Assembly (NCBI RefSeq): GCF_001194135.2
Contig: NC_068992.1
Span: forward strand, 30,563,430-30,601,619
DNA: 38,190 nucleotides
Direction of reading: 5' to 3'
Origin: Octopus bimaculoides
Lineage: Eukaryota
Below are positions 1 to 12,225 of this stretch, in pieces. Below the pieces are notes generated by a model. The model had not been told where the DNA came from. It was given only the letters and a program-made list of their open reading frames with translations, and did no database searches. Within the stretch, counting starts at the first letter, position 1. Each line of letters opens with the position of its first letter. Both the position numbers and the translations under genes were made by a program.

Positions 1-378
1 ATGCCAATACACACAGATAGAGAAATTAAGGCAAATAGACCAGATATAGTTGTCAAAGATCATGAAGAAAAAAATGCTTTCTAATTGATGTATCAATACC
101 AGCAGATGACAACGTTTCTCTAAAAGAACTGGAAAAACTTTCAAAATACAAAGACCTGGAAACAGAGGTAACTGGAATGTGGAATCTAAAAACAGAAACA
201 ATTCCTATTATAGTAGGTGCCTTAGGAATAATAAAAAAATATTCAGACAAATACATAACAAAAACACCAGGACTTACAAATATATATAACATACAGAAAA
301 TTGCACTACTGGGCACTGCAATTCTGGTTACTGTATTGAAAGTGTTTTGCGTAGGATGTGTGCAGTGCCCAGTAGTGC
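1..378 (+). mobile_element. 3' end of an RLE-type non-LTR retrotransposon ORF (R4/Dong/NeSL-like), frameshifted, with the last 17 codons inverted
   Basis: Frame 1 gives MPIHTDREIKANRPDIVVKDHEEK; a 1-nt shift in the A-run at about 67-74 continues as CFLIDVSIPADDNVSLKELEKLSKYKDLETEVTGMWNLKTETIPIIVGALGIIKK...QKIALLGTA. This is the RPD...IDV...KY PD-(D/E)xK endonuclease signature. The reverse complement of 321-378 reads ALLGTAHILRKTLSIQ*, the usual C-terminus of this domain. Confidence 0.9.
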
Positions 379-600
379 CGATTCTTCCCCGTCGACTATT
401 CGATATTTTTTCCAAGTTCGTTTGGCGAGAGTGTGCAGACAGGATGTGTTGAAGCAGCTCTCTTGATAACAAAACAAATTCCAAACTAGGGAGAGAGGCT
501 CTTGACCTAGGTTCGGCTAAAACGACAACAACAACAACAGCATCATCATTATCCTCATCATCAACAAAACAATGATAAAAATTAAAGATGATGATGACAC

Positions 601-808
601 TTTCAAATTTTTGGCACAAGGCCAGTAATTTTGGGTCAGTAAAGTAGTCTATTACATCGACTCTAGGACTTAACTGGTACTTCTTTTATTGAAACCGATA
701 GGATAAAAGATAACGTCGGCGTCAGCAAAGTTAGAATTCAGAATATGAAGGCGGATGAATTGCCGCTAAGCATTTCACCCAGAGTGCTAACGATACTGCC
801 AACTGAGC
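601..808 (-). mobile_element. tRNA-derived SINE, decayed, with a simple-repeat tail at about 520-600
   Basis: The minus strand starts GCTCAGTTGGCAGTATCGTTAGC (A-box-like), has a degenerate B-box (GAATTCTAAC), and ends ...GGCCTTGTGCCAAAAATTTGAAA followed by a degenerate trinucleotide (TCA/TTG) tail. Family assignment is from recall of cephalopod SINEs, not a search. Confidence 0.7.
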
Positions 809-810
809 GT

Positions 811-894
811 ATTATTATCATTATTAATGTTCAGTAGTTTTATTTTTATAACGTGCTTTCACTTCACTACCGAGCGCAGCTCTCTGTGCCTTGG
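811..894 (-). mobile_element. Probable 3' UTR and (AAT)n-like tail of the RLE LINE family seen at 1-378
   Basis: The minus strand reads CCAAGGCACAGAGAGCTGCGCTCGGTAGTGAAGTGAAAGCACGTTATAAAAATAAAACTACTGAACATTAATAATGATAATAAT, with an AATAAA signal and a degenerate AAT tail. The link to the LINE at 1-378 is from recall of this repeat family and needs a consensus alignment. Confidence 0.55.
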
Positions 895-1677
895 CTCTCG
901 ACTGAGTTCGTTGCGAAGATCATTCTACCATCTTCTTTTAGTCTGCAAGATAATGGTTAATGGTCTGATAAGAAATATGTAAGAAGATGTATTTTGGATA
1001 ATTCAACGCATGTTCAAATGAGAGGTAGATTCTCTCTTTGACTACGAGTTCATCAAATTTTTAATTTCACTTTGAGAGGAATTTGATGAGAAATGGAAAT
1101 GACGCATTTCACCAAATTCGTCGAAAAGCAGGTAACAGTTTCAGTTATAGTCCGAGTGGCCGAACCTATTCTGAATAAGCATAATTGGAGTGCTTTGGTA
1201 GGTCAGTGGTTTGGGGATTAGTGTGATCGAACATTTGCCGAGTTTGTTTTGTATAGTTTGACCTCTCATACCCCATTCATATGAGAAAATTTCCCCTTTA
1301 CAAATTTATTCTTCCAATATTATATGTGTTTACGAATTATTTACACACAAAGGCAATATACTGTATTTCGCGGTATATGTAACTGCTTCTTCGTTATATC
1401 TCCGTTCTATTGTGAGCCTATTTATGTTGGTGACGTTGTTCTAGTTATTTCAAATGCTTTTTTTTTTGTTTTTACATGGTGTAAGAAATCTGAGTGGAAA
1501 TGCAAGGAAATGTATGGTGATTTAGCAAAGATATTTAGCCTGACCGTAGAAAGTAGATACTGTATTAGATCATAGATCTCTACAAACGCCTTCACGTCCG
1601 CAAACGCACATGTAAGAACATACGTATAAAAGCATATACATCCACAAACAGAATCTAGCACATACAGGTAAACACAA

Positions 1678-1679
<2 letters not shown>

Positions 1680-1708
<29 letters not shown>

Positions 1709-1715
1709 CATATAC

Positions 1716-1747
<32 letters not shown>

Positions 1748-2459
1748 NNNNNNNNNNNNNNNNNNNNNNNNNNNNNNNNNNNNNNNNNNNNNNNNNNNNN
1801 NNNNNNNNNNNNNNNNNNNNNNNNNNNNNNNNNNNNNNNNNNNNNNNNNNNNNNNNNNNNNNNNNNNNNNNNNNNNNNNNNNNNNNNNNNNNNNNNNNNN
1901 NNNNNNNNNNNNNNNNNNNNNNNNNNNNNNNNNNNNNNNNNNNNNNNNNNNNNNNNNNNNNNNNNNNNNNNNNNNNNNNNNNNNNNNNNNNNNNNNNNNN
2001 NNNNNNNNNNNNNNNNNNNNNNNNNNNNNNNNNNNNNNNNNNNNNNNNNNNNNNNNNNNNNNNNNNNNNNNNNNNNNNNNNNNNNNNNNNNNNNNNNNNN
2101 NNNNNNNNNNNNNNNNNNNNNNNNNNNNNNNNNNNNNNNNNNNNNNNNNNNNNNNNNNNNNNNNNNNNNNNNNNNNNNNNNNNNNNNNNNNNNNNNNNNN
2201 NNNNNNNNNNNNNNNNNNNNNNNNNNNNNNNNNNNNNNNNNNNNNNNNNNNNNNNNNNNNNNNNNNNNNNNNNNNNNNNNNNNNNNNNNNNNNNNNNNNN
2301 NNNNNNNNNNNNNNNNNNNNNNNNNNNNNNNNNNNNNNNNNNNNNNNNNNNNNNNNNNNNNNNNNNNNNNNNNNNNNNNNNNNNNNNNNNNNTATATAGA
2401 GAGAGAGAGAGAGAGAGATAGATAGATAGATAGATAGATATATAGAGAGAGAGACAGAG

Positions 2460-2523
<64 letters not shown>
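1680..2523. repeat. (CA)n/(AT)n, assembly gap 1748-2392, then a (GA)n/(GATA)n compound microsatellite
   Basis: Read directly from the sequence. Confidence 0.95.
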
Positions 2524-2527
<4 letters not shown>

Positions 2528-2988
2528 GATTTTTATATATAGATTGTTCAACCAACTGGAGCATTTAGAAGCAGAATACACTTTCTGTGTCTAATTGTCA
2601 GAGTAAGTGTCAATCTGCATTGAAGAAATACTGTACTATAATCTTTCTTCAAAACATTTTATCAATTTTTATAACGACTGTGCAAATTATATAATTATAA
2701 ATTGTACTGTGTTTGTATTTTAAAACAAGAGTAAATGAGCTGTAGCATCTATCAAATGATTGATTTTGAAAGTTTGTGATCATAGTTGTATTTGCTGTCA
2801 GTTTGTGGTAAGTAGCTTGGTAGAGCAGGTCTATGACAGAAGTTGTTCCTGCACATGTCATTCTGTCTCTCATGTGTGAAATTAACGTGTTTGAGTTTAC
2901 TCGTAAAGCAATTCTTCTACCAACGAACCAAGCACAATTGGTAAGGCTGAGATTTTTAATTAGTGGTGCATTTGTCAAATAACGGGAG

Positions 2989-3019
2989 AGAGAATGAGAG
3001 AGTGTGTGTGTGTGAGAGA

Positions 3020-3062
<43 letters not shown>
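2989..3062. repeat. (GA)n/(GT)n microsatellite
   Basis: Read directly from the sequence. Confidence 0.95.
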
Positions 3063-3064
<2 letters not shown>

Positions 3065-3489
3065 GAAAGAGAGAAGGGGAGGTTAGAAAAGAAAAATTGA
3101 CGCACAAACTGGACTTATTATCAAAAACGAACTTGACCTAATAACTGCAAAAATATATAATTTGTAAAGTCACTTGAATTTAGAATTGTGCTAAATATGC
3201 CTTTAAATTTCAAATATAATTCTTTTCGTGTTATATGATCAAAATTATCATTTCTTTCTCAAGATGGTACACTATTACGATTTCTTCCTAGTTGGTCCAA
3301 ATCATGACAATCTATATTTGGTTTGTTTCAGCATATATTTCATTTCATTTTCCAAATCCCTACGCTAAAATAAGTTACATAAGATTGACGATCTTCAAGG
3401 CGTTAAAGAATAATTGTCTCTTCAGGCTATTTTAAAATGCTAGGGTTTCAATTTCGGGAGATTTAGTACGTAGCTCAAAGGCTGATGCT

Positions 3490-3596
3490 CATACATACAT
3501 CGATACATCGATACATACATACATACATGCATACATACATGCATACATACATACATACATACATACATACATACATGCATGCATACATACATACAT
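3490..3596. repeat. (TACA)n tetranucleotide microsatellite
   Basis: Read directly from the sequence. Confidence 0.95.
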
Positions 3597-3910
3597 GATG
3601 GCTGCAAACCCGTGTTTGAGTATTACCATCGCCTGACCATAAGTCCCACACACGTGAAATTCTACAACCAGCCATTTTTGAGACTGGTCATCTTTTTTCA
3701 AGCGATGCCTGTCCATGATGAATTTTCATTGTCCGGAAGGATTTGCACAAATCCAGTTTTCACTCTGTGAACATGGACAACATAAAGTCAAAAGATGGAC
3801 TAGTCTACATCATCGAATATTTTCAGTGTCGCATGTTTTCTATAAGAGTTTCTCTCTCCTAGAGAGATGATACTACAACAGAGGGTCCTCTCACTCTCAG
3901 TGGGCCAATG

Positions 3911-3986
3911 TACATACACACACACATACATACATACATACATACATGCATACACAGATGCATACATGCACACATACATACATGCC

Positions 3987-4016
<30 letters not shown>
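3911..4016. repeat. (TACA)n tetranucleotide microsatellite
   Basis: Read directly from the sequence. Confidence 0.9.
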
Positions 4017-4017
<1 letters not shown>

Positions 4018-4756
4018 GAACACACACACATATACAAGAAGGAAACAAGAGATAGAGAAAGAAAGAGAGAGAGATGGTATGAGGCATAGACAGAACTATT
4101 ATATCTAATGATTTTTCTTTTGTTGTATCTCTCATGGATTAGATTTCTTCTAAGAATGCAATTTTGTTAGCGTGCTGGATTAAACACTTTATAATATCCA
4201 GTTTCATCTGACTTCACATGGAGTTCGCTCTGACGTCCGAATAAATATGATTTAGAAATAATTATCGTTACTACACTGTTGGCAATTTACCCAGCTATAC
4301 TTTGGCATGGAAACTCAATTGGCAACTTGCCTTGAAAAATTTCAAGTGCCACAGCTATGTGAAAATCTCCGTGAACCAAGCATGGTAGCGGTTTTAAATT
4401 TCTTAGGTGAAGTTTTGATTATTCATTAACACCATTAAGATAGATGAGAAAACCATGACAGTCTTAGAATGTGAAGTTTTGGATATCAGTAGAATTTATG
4501 CTCATCATTTAGTTTATAATCGAGTTTATTGTTACTTGCAAATTTGTATATCTTTGACAACTTGATTATTAAAATTATTTATTGTACTAAACCAGAGTTA
4601 GACTTTAAACAAACTACACAGTAGTTCACGCTACAAGTAGGCTTTGACAATATTATGATTTACTATCTAATCATTTCATTCAACCGATAGCATCTTCTAT
4701 AATTAGAATAACTATGTAGTAAATATACCTAAAACTTTCTTCATCGACCAAACAAA

Positions 4757-4760
<4 letters not shown>

Positions 4761-4849
<89 letters not shown>
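4761..4849. repeat. (CA)n microsatellite
   Basis: Uninterrupted CA run of about 44 units. Confidence 0.97.
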
Positions 4850-4852
<3 letters not shown>

Positions 4853-7800
4853 TATATACTTACACAAACACACATATATATATGTATGTACATAGGTATG
4901 CATGTGTCGCATTTCGTGATATTTATAACACGAATACATTAACTAATTATCCCTTTTCACTTTATCTACATCACTTACTGCAATATTTGTTGATATTTTC
5001 ACAATTTTCATATTCACGATCAAAAACAGTCACTCTGCATTATTTAACCACGCTTTTACACCTTTGTTTGTGTTAAGTATCTCATAATATTTTAAAAGCC
5101 ACGAAACACTTTAAAATTGTGTTTTTATTATGCCTACAAATGTTCTACATCATGTTTTACGAAAGCAACACTTTTCAAAAATTTGAGCACCTAAGAATTC
5201 CCGGTGGAGCAACTTTTAATGTAAATGAATTTGTTCGCTGATTTCAGCAAGTAGCGTGATGACTTTGAGATTGCCTCATTTGTGGCACTAATGAGTGACT
5301 ACCACTATACTGTACAAATTACAGCGAATTACTTATTGGGCTAAGATATTGTTTTACTTCTCATAAGGCAATACATTTACTCATGGTTTCTATAATTCCT
5401 TAACGTATCTGTCCCTGACGGTGCAGCTAACTGACAGAATCCATTGAATATCCGATAAAATGATCATTGCTATTCGATGTAGCCTAGTTAAAAAAAGAAA
5501 TACCGATGTCAAATTTTACTTTCATCGTTTCGGAATCGATACAATAAGTTGTTGTGGTTTAGAAGACACTCTACTGAACACTAACCTCCTTTTACTTAAA
5601 TCACATAGATTAAACTAATATGATAGGCACTTGTGGTATTCCATGTCATTTCTCTTTTGTGGCAAAGGTCAAGAGACACCCATTGCATTCCCGTTTCCTC
5701 TGAGAATGAAAAAAGTGTAATATATTTTTCATATATTACTATTTTTAGAAGTATTAATATTTCTTTTTATATATTAATATGATTGTACCATACTCCTAAG
5801 AGTTTTTCTAAGATGGTTAACAAATGATACACAATAAAATATGTATGAGCAATATTCGTATATAAAAAATCCTTTCTTACCAAAGCTACAACAGTGAATA
5901 AACTAAGAGAAATAATTTATATTTTACATAAATATGGATCTGTATCTGTTTTAGTTTCAAACCTTTTCTCTGATTGTCTGTTTATAATTTTGCTTTCTGT
6001 TACCCCAGTCCGTAACTTGAGTGATAATTTTAGATCATGTAAATTGTTGGTATGACATTCATCACTATACTTTTTTCTTGATGGATATCTAATTTTATGA
6101 ACTCACATCTTTCATAGACATTTGCAGCATGTACTAATTCAGGATAATTAACCCCACTCATGTATAACATAATATACAAGCAGGATCGCAACATCTTTAA
6201 GCCTAAAAGTATGTGGGATATAGTTTTCCTCCTGGATATAAGAGGAAAAAATACAATGGGCACCACTGACCTATATTTACATTTACACTAAAAAACGAAT
6301 TAGTGTAGAATCTGTTTTTAATAAGTATAACATAAGGATATAGCTGGATATAACTATTTGATATAGCACGACTAACGGAACACTATTGCACTGAAAATTT
6401 GTTATATCATTCTATATTGTTGAAATACTTCATAATATATAATATAATCATAATTAAACAAATTCCCTCAAAAGTTATGATGGTTTCAACAGGATCACGA
6501 TTCATAAATATTGGTTAACGAATATGAACCTGAGGGTAATCCACAGCAACACATGATAAGGATCTGATGGTTAAATATCCCGCTTGACTTAGTGAATATT
6601 ATTAGCGTACAGAATCTGAAAACTACACAGTTCTCATTCATGCCCTCACTGTTATATAATAGAAAGCAGTGCTAGTACCACAAGGAAGCAAATGATAGTA
6701 GTAAGCATAAATCTTCTGAAATTCACAAGACACTTGCACTGTCAGAAATACTGAGAAACACCAAAACACTGTTAGATGATATTGGTACAGTTGGTAGGAA
6801 AAAATCAATAGTGTGTCGGAACAATGCAGTAGTAATCATTATAGCTATGTAGAAGTGAACTTTATAACCACTAGCCAATAAATTCAGACCATCGAGTAAG
6901 TACTCATATATTCTAGTGATTATAGCAGATCACAATTTTTTTTTATTTTAAGTTACAGCAGACCCCTATATATGATTCTTGAAACTACAGTGCAAATTAA
7001 GTACTGTCTTATAATCTGTATGGGATGCCTGATCTACGGTTATAGGGATATGGAATTTGAAAGATGGGCTAACCACGTTTTCTCAATCATTTATTCACAT
7101 TGTAGGTTTCCTACTATAAAATTGCACATAATGTTTATTGAGATTCACAAAGATAATGGCATTTTTTCTTTCTCATTGATTCGACTTATTGGTGAATAGA
7201 AAAATGACAAAACTAAAAATATACTGAGAAATATACGAAAGAAAAAATAAACAAAATATTCATTAAAATGTAGAGCACAATCGATTGACGGTAATGTGTA
7301 GAATAATCTCAGAATATTCCTTAATGTTATAAACTTTGGTCGATTAGAAACATGTTTTCTTATATGAAAGTATTTCTTTCTCTAGAGATATATTGATGTT
7401 TTGCATACATGTATTAAGAGATACAGCAACTCATGAACGCAGATACATATGCACGCCTCAATTAATGCACATAAATACGCATCAGCAAACCACAGACTAA
7501 TACTTTCTTAAATATAGATGGAAGCACATTTTAGACAACCAATTGCACATTAAATGCATACTTATGCTATGTAAATTTTCAAATCCATGTTTGACATATT
7601 CCTCTCTGGGTCCATGAAATGTAAGTGACTATAGCTCTTTCTGCCATTACGACTATGTGGTATATTATTAACTTCTTTTACAAGCAATCCACATTGTGCT
7701 AGAAGATACCAGGTCCCAAGTGTTTTGTAAGTCTTTTAATGTAAGGAATTTCAAAGTCTTTAGACGATTTCAGACAACACCTTTCTTATTATTTCCATCT

Positions 7801-8757
7801 GACACAGTCATTCTACAGCGCTTGAATACAATTATCCCCAGTTGCTTCTATAATCTTGATTTTCTGACTGATCCGTCTTTTAACTTCTGTCATTCAAAAC
7901 CCATCTATGCAATCATATTATAAACAGGCATCCAATATACTAGGTCGTTACTTTCTAAACTTAAATCTTGTATTCTGCCAATGAGGGCTTTAAGTAAGTG
8001 ATATTTCAGAAACATTTTCTTTTCTTTTTGACGAAATGAAGGATTTCCTCTTATTTGAATTTATATGTTACTGATTCTTTTCAATCAAATACTATCGATT
8101 TTCTCTAAATTACACAAGAAATATAATGCATAATAAATCTCTTCAGATCGTGGTATCTTACTGTTGACACACCCTGCTGTGTAGCAATGAGAGCCAATGA
8201 AGTCATAAATAATAGTATGGTATCATTTTCGAACTCCAAACCGAATCTTGAAAGATCGGGAAAATATCAAACATTAAATATACCGAACAGACCCAACCCA
8301 ACGATGAAGAAAAATCAAACAATCAATGCAAAAAAAAAAACATAGCAAATCTAGAAAACGGTATAGAAAACAACATATAAAGAGTGTAAGAAAGGCAGAA
8401 GCAAATCAGGATTTGCAATCAGAATAAACTCTAGAATTTCGAAACATACTAAATTTCATACGGGAGAAGAAATAAAAATAATACGAAAAAGAAACAAATG
8501 TTTCCTAATTTATTTCAAGTTTAAGTGTATCATCGGAAGAGGGTATTATTGATTTAGTAAAATATAAAGAAATAAACAACACTAATATCAGCGAACAGCC
8601 TCTGCAATAAGAAACGGCTAGTGGTAGAGTATGCCTCCATTAGCAAGAAATCACAGGATTTGATCACAGCGTGCAACCCTGACAACTGCAAATAGTGGCG
8701 TTTTCCTCTCAATTTGGAAGGCAGCAACCATGAATGTATACAAAATTGCGTATATGC

Positions 8758-8999
8758 ATCCGTACATGCATGCATACATACATACATACATACATACATG
8801 TGTTGTGTGTGTGTATATGTATGTGTATGTGTGTGTGTTTGTGTGTGTGTGTGTTTGTGTGTGCGTTACGTATTCTCCAAACGGTCACACTCTGAGTTGT
8901 ACACTGTTAAGAAAAGTTTTATTTCCATTTTCTAAAATCTACAACTCAAACGAAACTAACAGAAGAGTAATGGGAAAGGAATTTACTAGTAACTTTAAA

Positions 9000-9041
<42 letters not shown>
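8758..9041. repeat. (TACA)n/(TG)n cluster (about 8758-8864) and (AT)n (9003-9041)
   Basis: Read directly from the sequence. Confidence 0.9.
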
Positions 9042-9044
<3 letters not shown>

Positions 9045-9549
9045 CATCGTAGATTTTGTAGTAATCATGGCAAGGGCTCGAGAATTGTTTTCTGATGCAC
9101 AGATGCACTCCTTTTTATATTATGGTAATTACTATACTGTATTGTAAGAGATGTCTGTATATAGTGATAAGTATGTAAATTAGGGTTCAAACAGCTTATC
9201 TGATTAGAAATATTCATCATATGATAGAAAATAATATCAACCGGGTGAGGTACGGTGTTTAGTTCCTATTTCAGCTTTGTTTCTTCAATTTCATCAAAAT
9301 ATTTTAGAATATTTATTCAAGATTCTAGACACATTCTTCTAAATTATGTATACATCTAGCAACTGCACTAATTTCTTGAAAGGATCATGCATATTAATTA
9401 GGAAGAGATACGAAACATAAGGACATTAACGAAAACCCATCTCAACAGCAATGCTACTGCTGTTCAGATGTTTCTATATCTATAAAACTGGCTAAAGAGC
9501 CATTTCTGGTTTCATTCCTGCAACACATTGGCTCAGAAAAATTATATCC

Positions 9550-10562
9550 TAACGGTTCATAGCCTTGAATGTCTGTCATGCAGCATGCAAAACTTAATCC
9601 TTTCTGGTTTTGCGGAGCCTGATTTCTCAAGACTGGTATTTAGGTAGTATGTTACATATCCCAGTGTCCCAAAAATTACAGGTATAAACCTGAACTTGTA
9701 ATCTAGATAGAGTAACTGCAGATCCCTCAACAGTTTAGCGTAGGTATTTTCTTTTTCTTTGATCTTCAGCTTTAAGATCTGCTGGGCAGCTAAGTTCCAC
9801 AACTCTATACAGTTTCTATCCTCTATCCTAAATCCTTATATCAGGTCTGTTGTGCTTACAGTTTATCGAGGTATTCAGTGTCACATTCCACAAGTACTCA
9901 TTTTGGATCGATGCTAAGGCTCTGCCACCTTGTTTTCATTTTAGGCAGAGGCAGTCTACGTCACTGTTCATGTGGAAATTATGTGTGCTTGTTAGTATGT
10001 TTCAGGTTTTCACTTCAATGGCTCGGATCTCATCAATCGTTCAATCAAGCAACCCAAATGTTGGTATGTGAACTGGCGGTGCAATAGCATTGTGGGCCAC
10101 TGTTTTATTGAAAGCAGTGAGTTCTGAGGTCCAACTTTTCCTTATTCGGCTATAATATACTTTAGTGACACATGTTTTGGTACAGGTGCCATTGTAAGAT
10201 GTTTTCATCTACCGCTAGACACCTGTAACATGCCTCGCCATATATAGGGGAAACAGTTAAATCATTAATGGAGATATTGCTAGTTTGGTTTATAGTTTTC
10301 CCCTTTTCACAACCATATCACTAAATCTATCCTGACCAATCTCCAACCCTACATCCTTTGAGAATGTTGTAACTAAGACAAGGCTCTTTTTCATCTCATG
10401 CATATTGTATGCAAGAAGTTTCAAGTCATCCACAAAGAAACAGCGTGTAATCTCGGTATTCCAGTTTCCTTGTGAACCGGTGAGATAATATTCAGTCTTC
10501 CTTAACATGAATGACAAGAGTTTACAGAAAGTATAAACATCACAGAGTAGCTGTCTCTGTGG
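9550..10562 (-). mobile_element. Decayed RLE-type non-LTR retrotransposon fragment (R4/Dong-like RT plus endonuclease), internally deleted
   Basis: Stitched minus-strand frames give a degraded QGDS-like motif (about 10560), ITRCFFVDDLKLLAYNM...LVTTFSKDVGLEIGQD (RT active site FVDD), SELTAFNKTVAHNAIAPPVHIPTFGLLD, SDVDCLCLK*KQGGRAL, then LWNVTLNTSINCKHNRPDI and KIKEKENTYAKLLRDLQLLYLDYKFRFIPVIFGTLGYV (RLE). There are multiple stops and frameshifts. Confidence 0.9.
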
Positions 10563-11137
10563 AGAGATAGAATACAGTACTCTGTTTAATTTCGTTTTAT
10601 CTGCATGCTAATGTGAAACTTCAATCTTTTGTGAGAATGTGAAGGTTAAATATCAGAGTACAGAACTTAAACCGCTGTAATTTCTTGACTTTATTTATGT
10701 GTACCATTTTTCTTGTGAAGGCGATTTTAACGTTACGTCTGCAGTAAGCTTAGCAACAGATCTTTCTAATTTTATTTGTTGCTATTAAGGAGATTTCACC
10801 TTCTTTTTATCCCTTACGCATGCCGACATGCTGTTAGTAGAGAATGTTACTTACTTATGCTATAATGTCCAATAACGTATATAGGCTGATTTTCCTAGAA
10901 TGTATTTTGATATTTGAATACTCGTTATTTAACATTTGTGTTGTAGTCAGGTAAATTTTGTGGGTTATGCTTTTGTAGACATTTCTCCTATTCGGTTTCA
11001 TATTCGGTACTTTATAATAATATTGTTCTGGACATGTGAATATATGCTCAAGTGGGACGTTATAAGCATGTCTGCATCTAAATATGTATTGAACTAGGAT
11101 TAAAATAATAAAAAAGTATTTTATCTTCCATGCACAA

Positions 11138-11157
11138 ACAGACAGACAGACAGACAG

Positions 11158-11218
<61 letters not shown>

Positions 11219-11291
11219 TGAGTGCGTACATGTATATGTAAGTACACGTGTGAGTGTGTGTGCATGTGTGTATTTGTGTGTGAATGTGTGT
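11138..11291. repeat. (GACA)n(CA)n followed by a degenerate TG-rich tract
   Basis: Read directly from the sequence. Confidence 0.9.
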
Positions 11292-12225
11292 GCTCCAATA
11301 GAAAACATTTGTTACAATTTATGTTAGATCTTGCGAATTTTGAATGAATTCTATAGTTCATATTTGGTGTAGAGTTGAAATTTTATTTTTTATGTATTTC
11401 ACTCGAATAGTTTTTGGGGAAAGCAGGAAAGGCGGAGAAATGTGGTGAAATATTTCTTGTTTTGATTTCATGATTTTGTTTGTTGAAGATTTGAAACCAA
11501 TAACGACACAACTCAATTATCATACACCAAAGCTCTATTTACCTATCAAACATTTATGTAACTTAAATTATATAATACCAAAACGAATTCAAATGTGACA
11601 AAGACCGTTAGTGAAGTTGGTCGAAACTTCTTAGTGTCAAAATTAATCTTGTTAAAAGTGATAAGTTTGTATGTACAGAACAAAATTATTGCGTAACTCT
11701 TAAGTTTAATGCAAAATTGTTTGTCTTATAACTCAACACAAAATCAATCATTATTAATATACCCCGGAGAAAAAAAAAAAACAATGGATAAAAACCAGAA
11801 TACCCTGAGAAGAAACTCTCACCACTCACGAAGAGCACATATATCATAAAAGACGGAATTGGTCATTAGAGATGTAAGCAACTACTGAACTGAACAAAAT
11901 TAAATATGCAGAGAAAAATTCCCAATAAAAATGTTATAAAATATATACGAGGAATATTCACATAATATACGGATAGTAAACCGAATGCAATTACAGTTAG
12001 AAAAGCTTGGAATGGACAGACTAATAACACATGAAAGAGACATATCTGTTATTATACGTAACGATCTGCAAGATGTGATACTTTACCTCTGTTGCAGCTC
12101 ACAATGCAAGAGTTGGTATAACATGTAGATTTTATCAGGAACGTTTCGAGAGTGGTGTAAGTTTTAATTTTTATATAAAATTATATTCTCCACTCATTAT
12201 ATACATTAGAGTTGTGCATAAAATA

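Noticed and set aside
895-1260. Possible Penelope-like or other retroelement relic on the minus strand (e.g. FEHALNYPKYIF)
   Set aside because: Only vague motif echoes across broken frames; it needs an HMM search.
2649-3107. 152-aa minus-strand ORF
   Set aside because: It starts in a (CT)n repeat and has no recognisable domain.
4330-4400. Minus-strand PLPCLVHGDFH, resembling the APH/kinase HGD motif
   Set aside because: It lacks the downstream Asn, is flanked by stops, and has no other kinase motifs; probably chance.
5870-6920. Hydrophobic minus-strand frames with a GPCR TM2-like NSVLVFLSISD
   Set aside because: No convincing TM1 GN, DRY or NPxxY motifs, and many stops. T-rich strands translate as hydrophobic by composition.
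8162-8390. Minus-strand hydrophobic frame (FGLEFENDTILLFMTSLALIA) with in-frame TGA; possible exon or NUMT
   Set aside because: No match to a mitochondrial protein that I recognise, a TAG is also in frame, and I found no partner exons.
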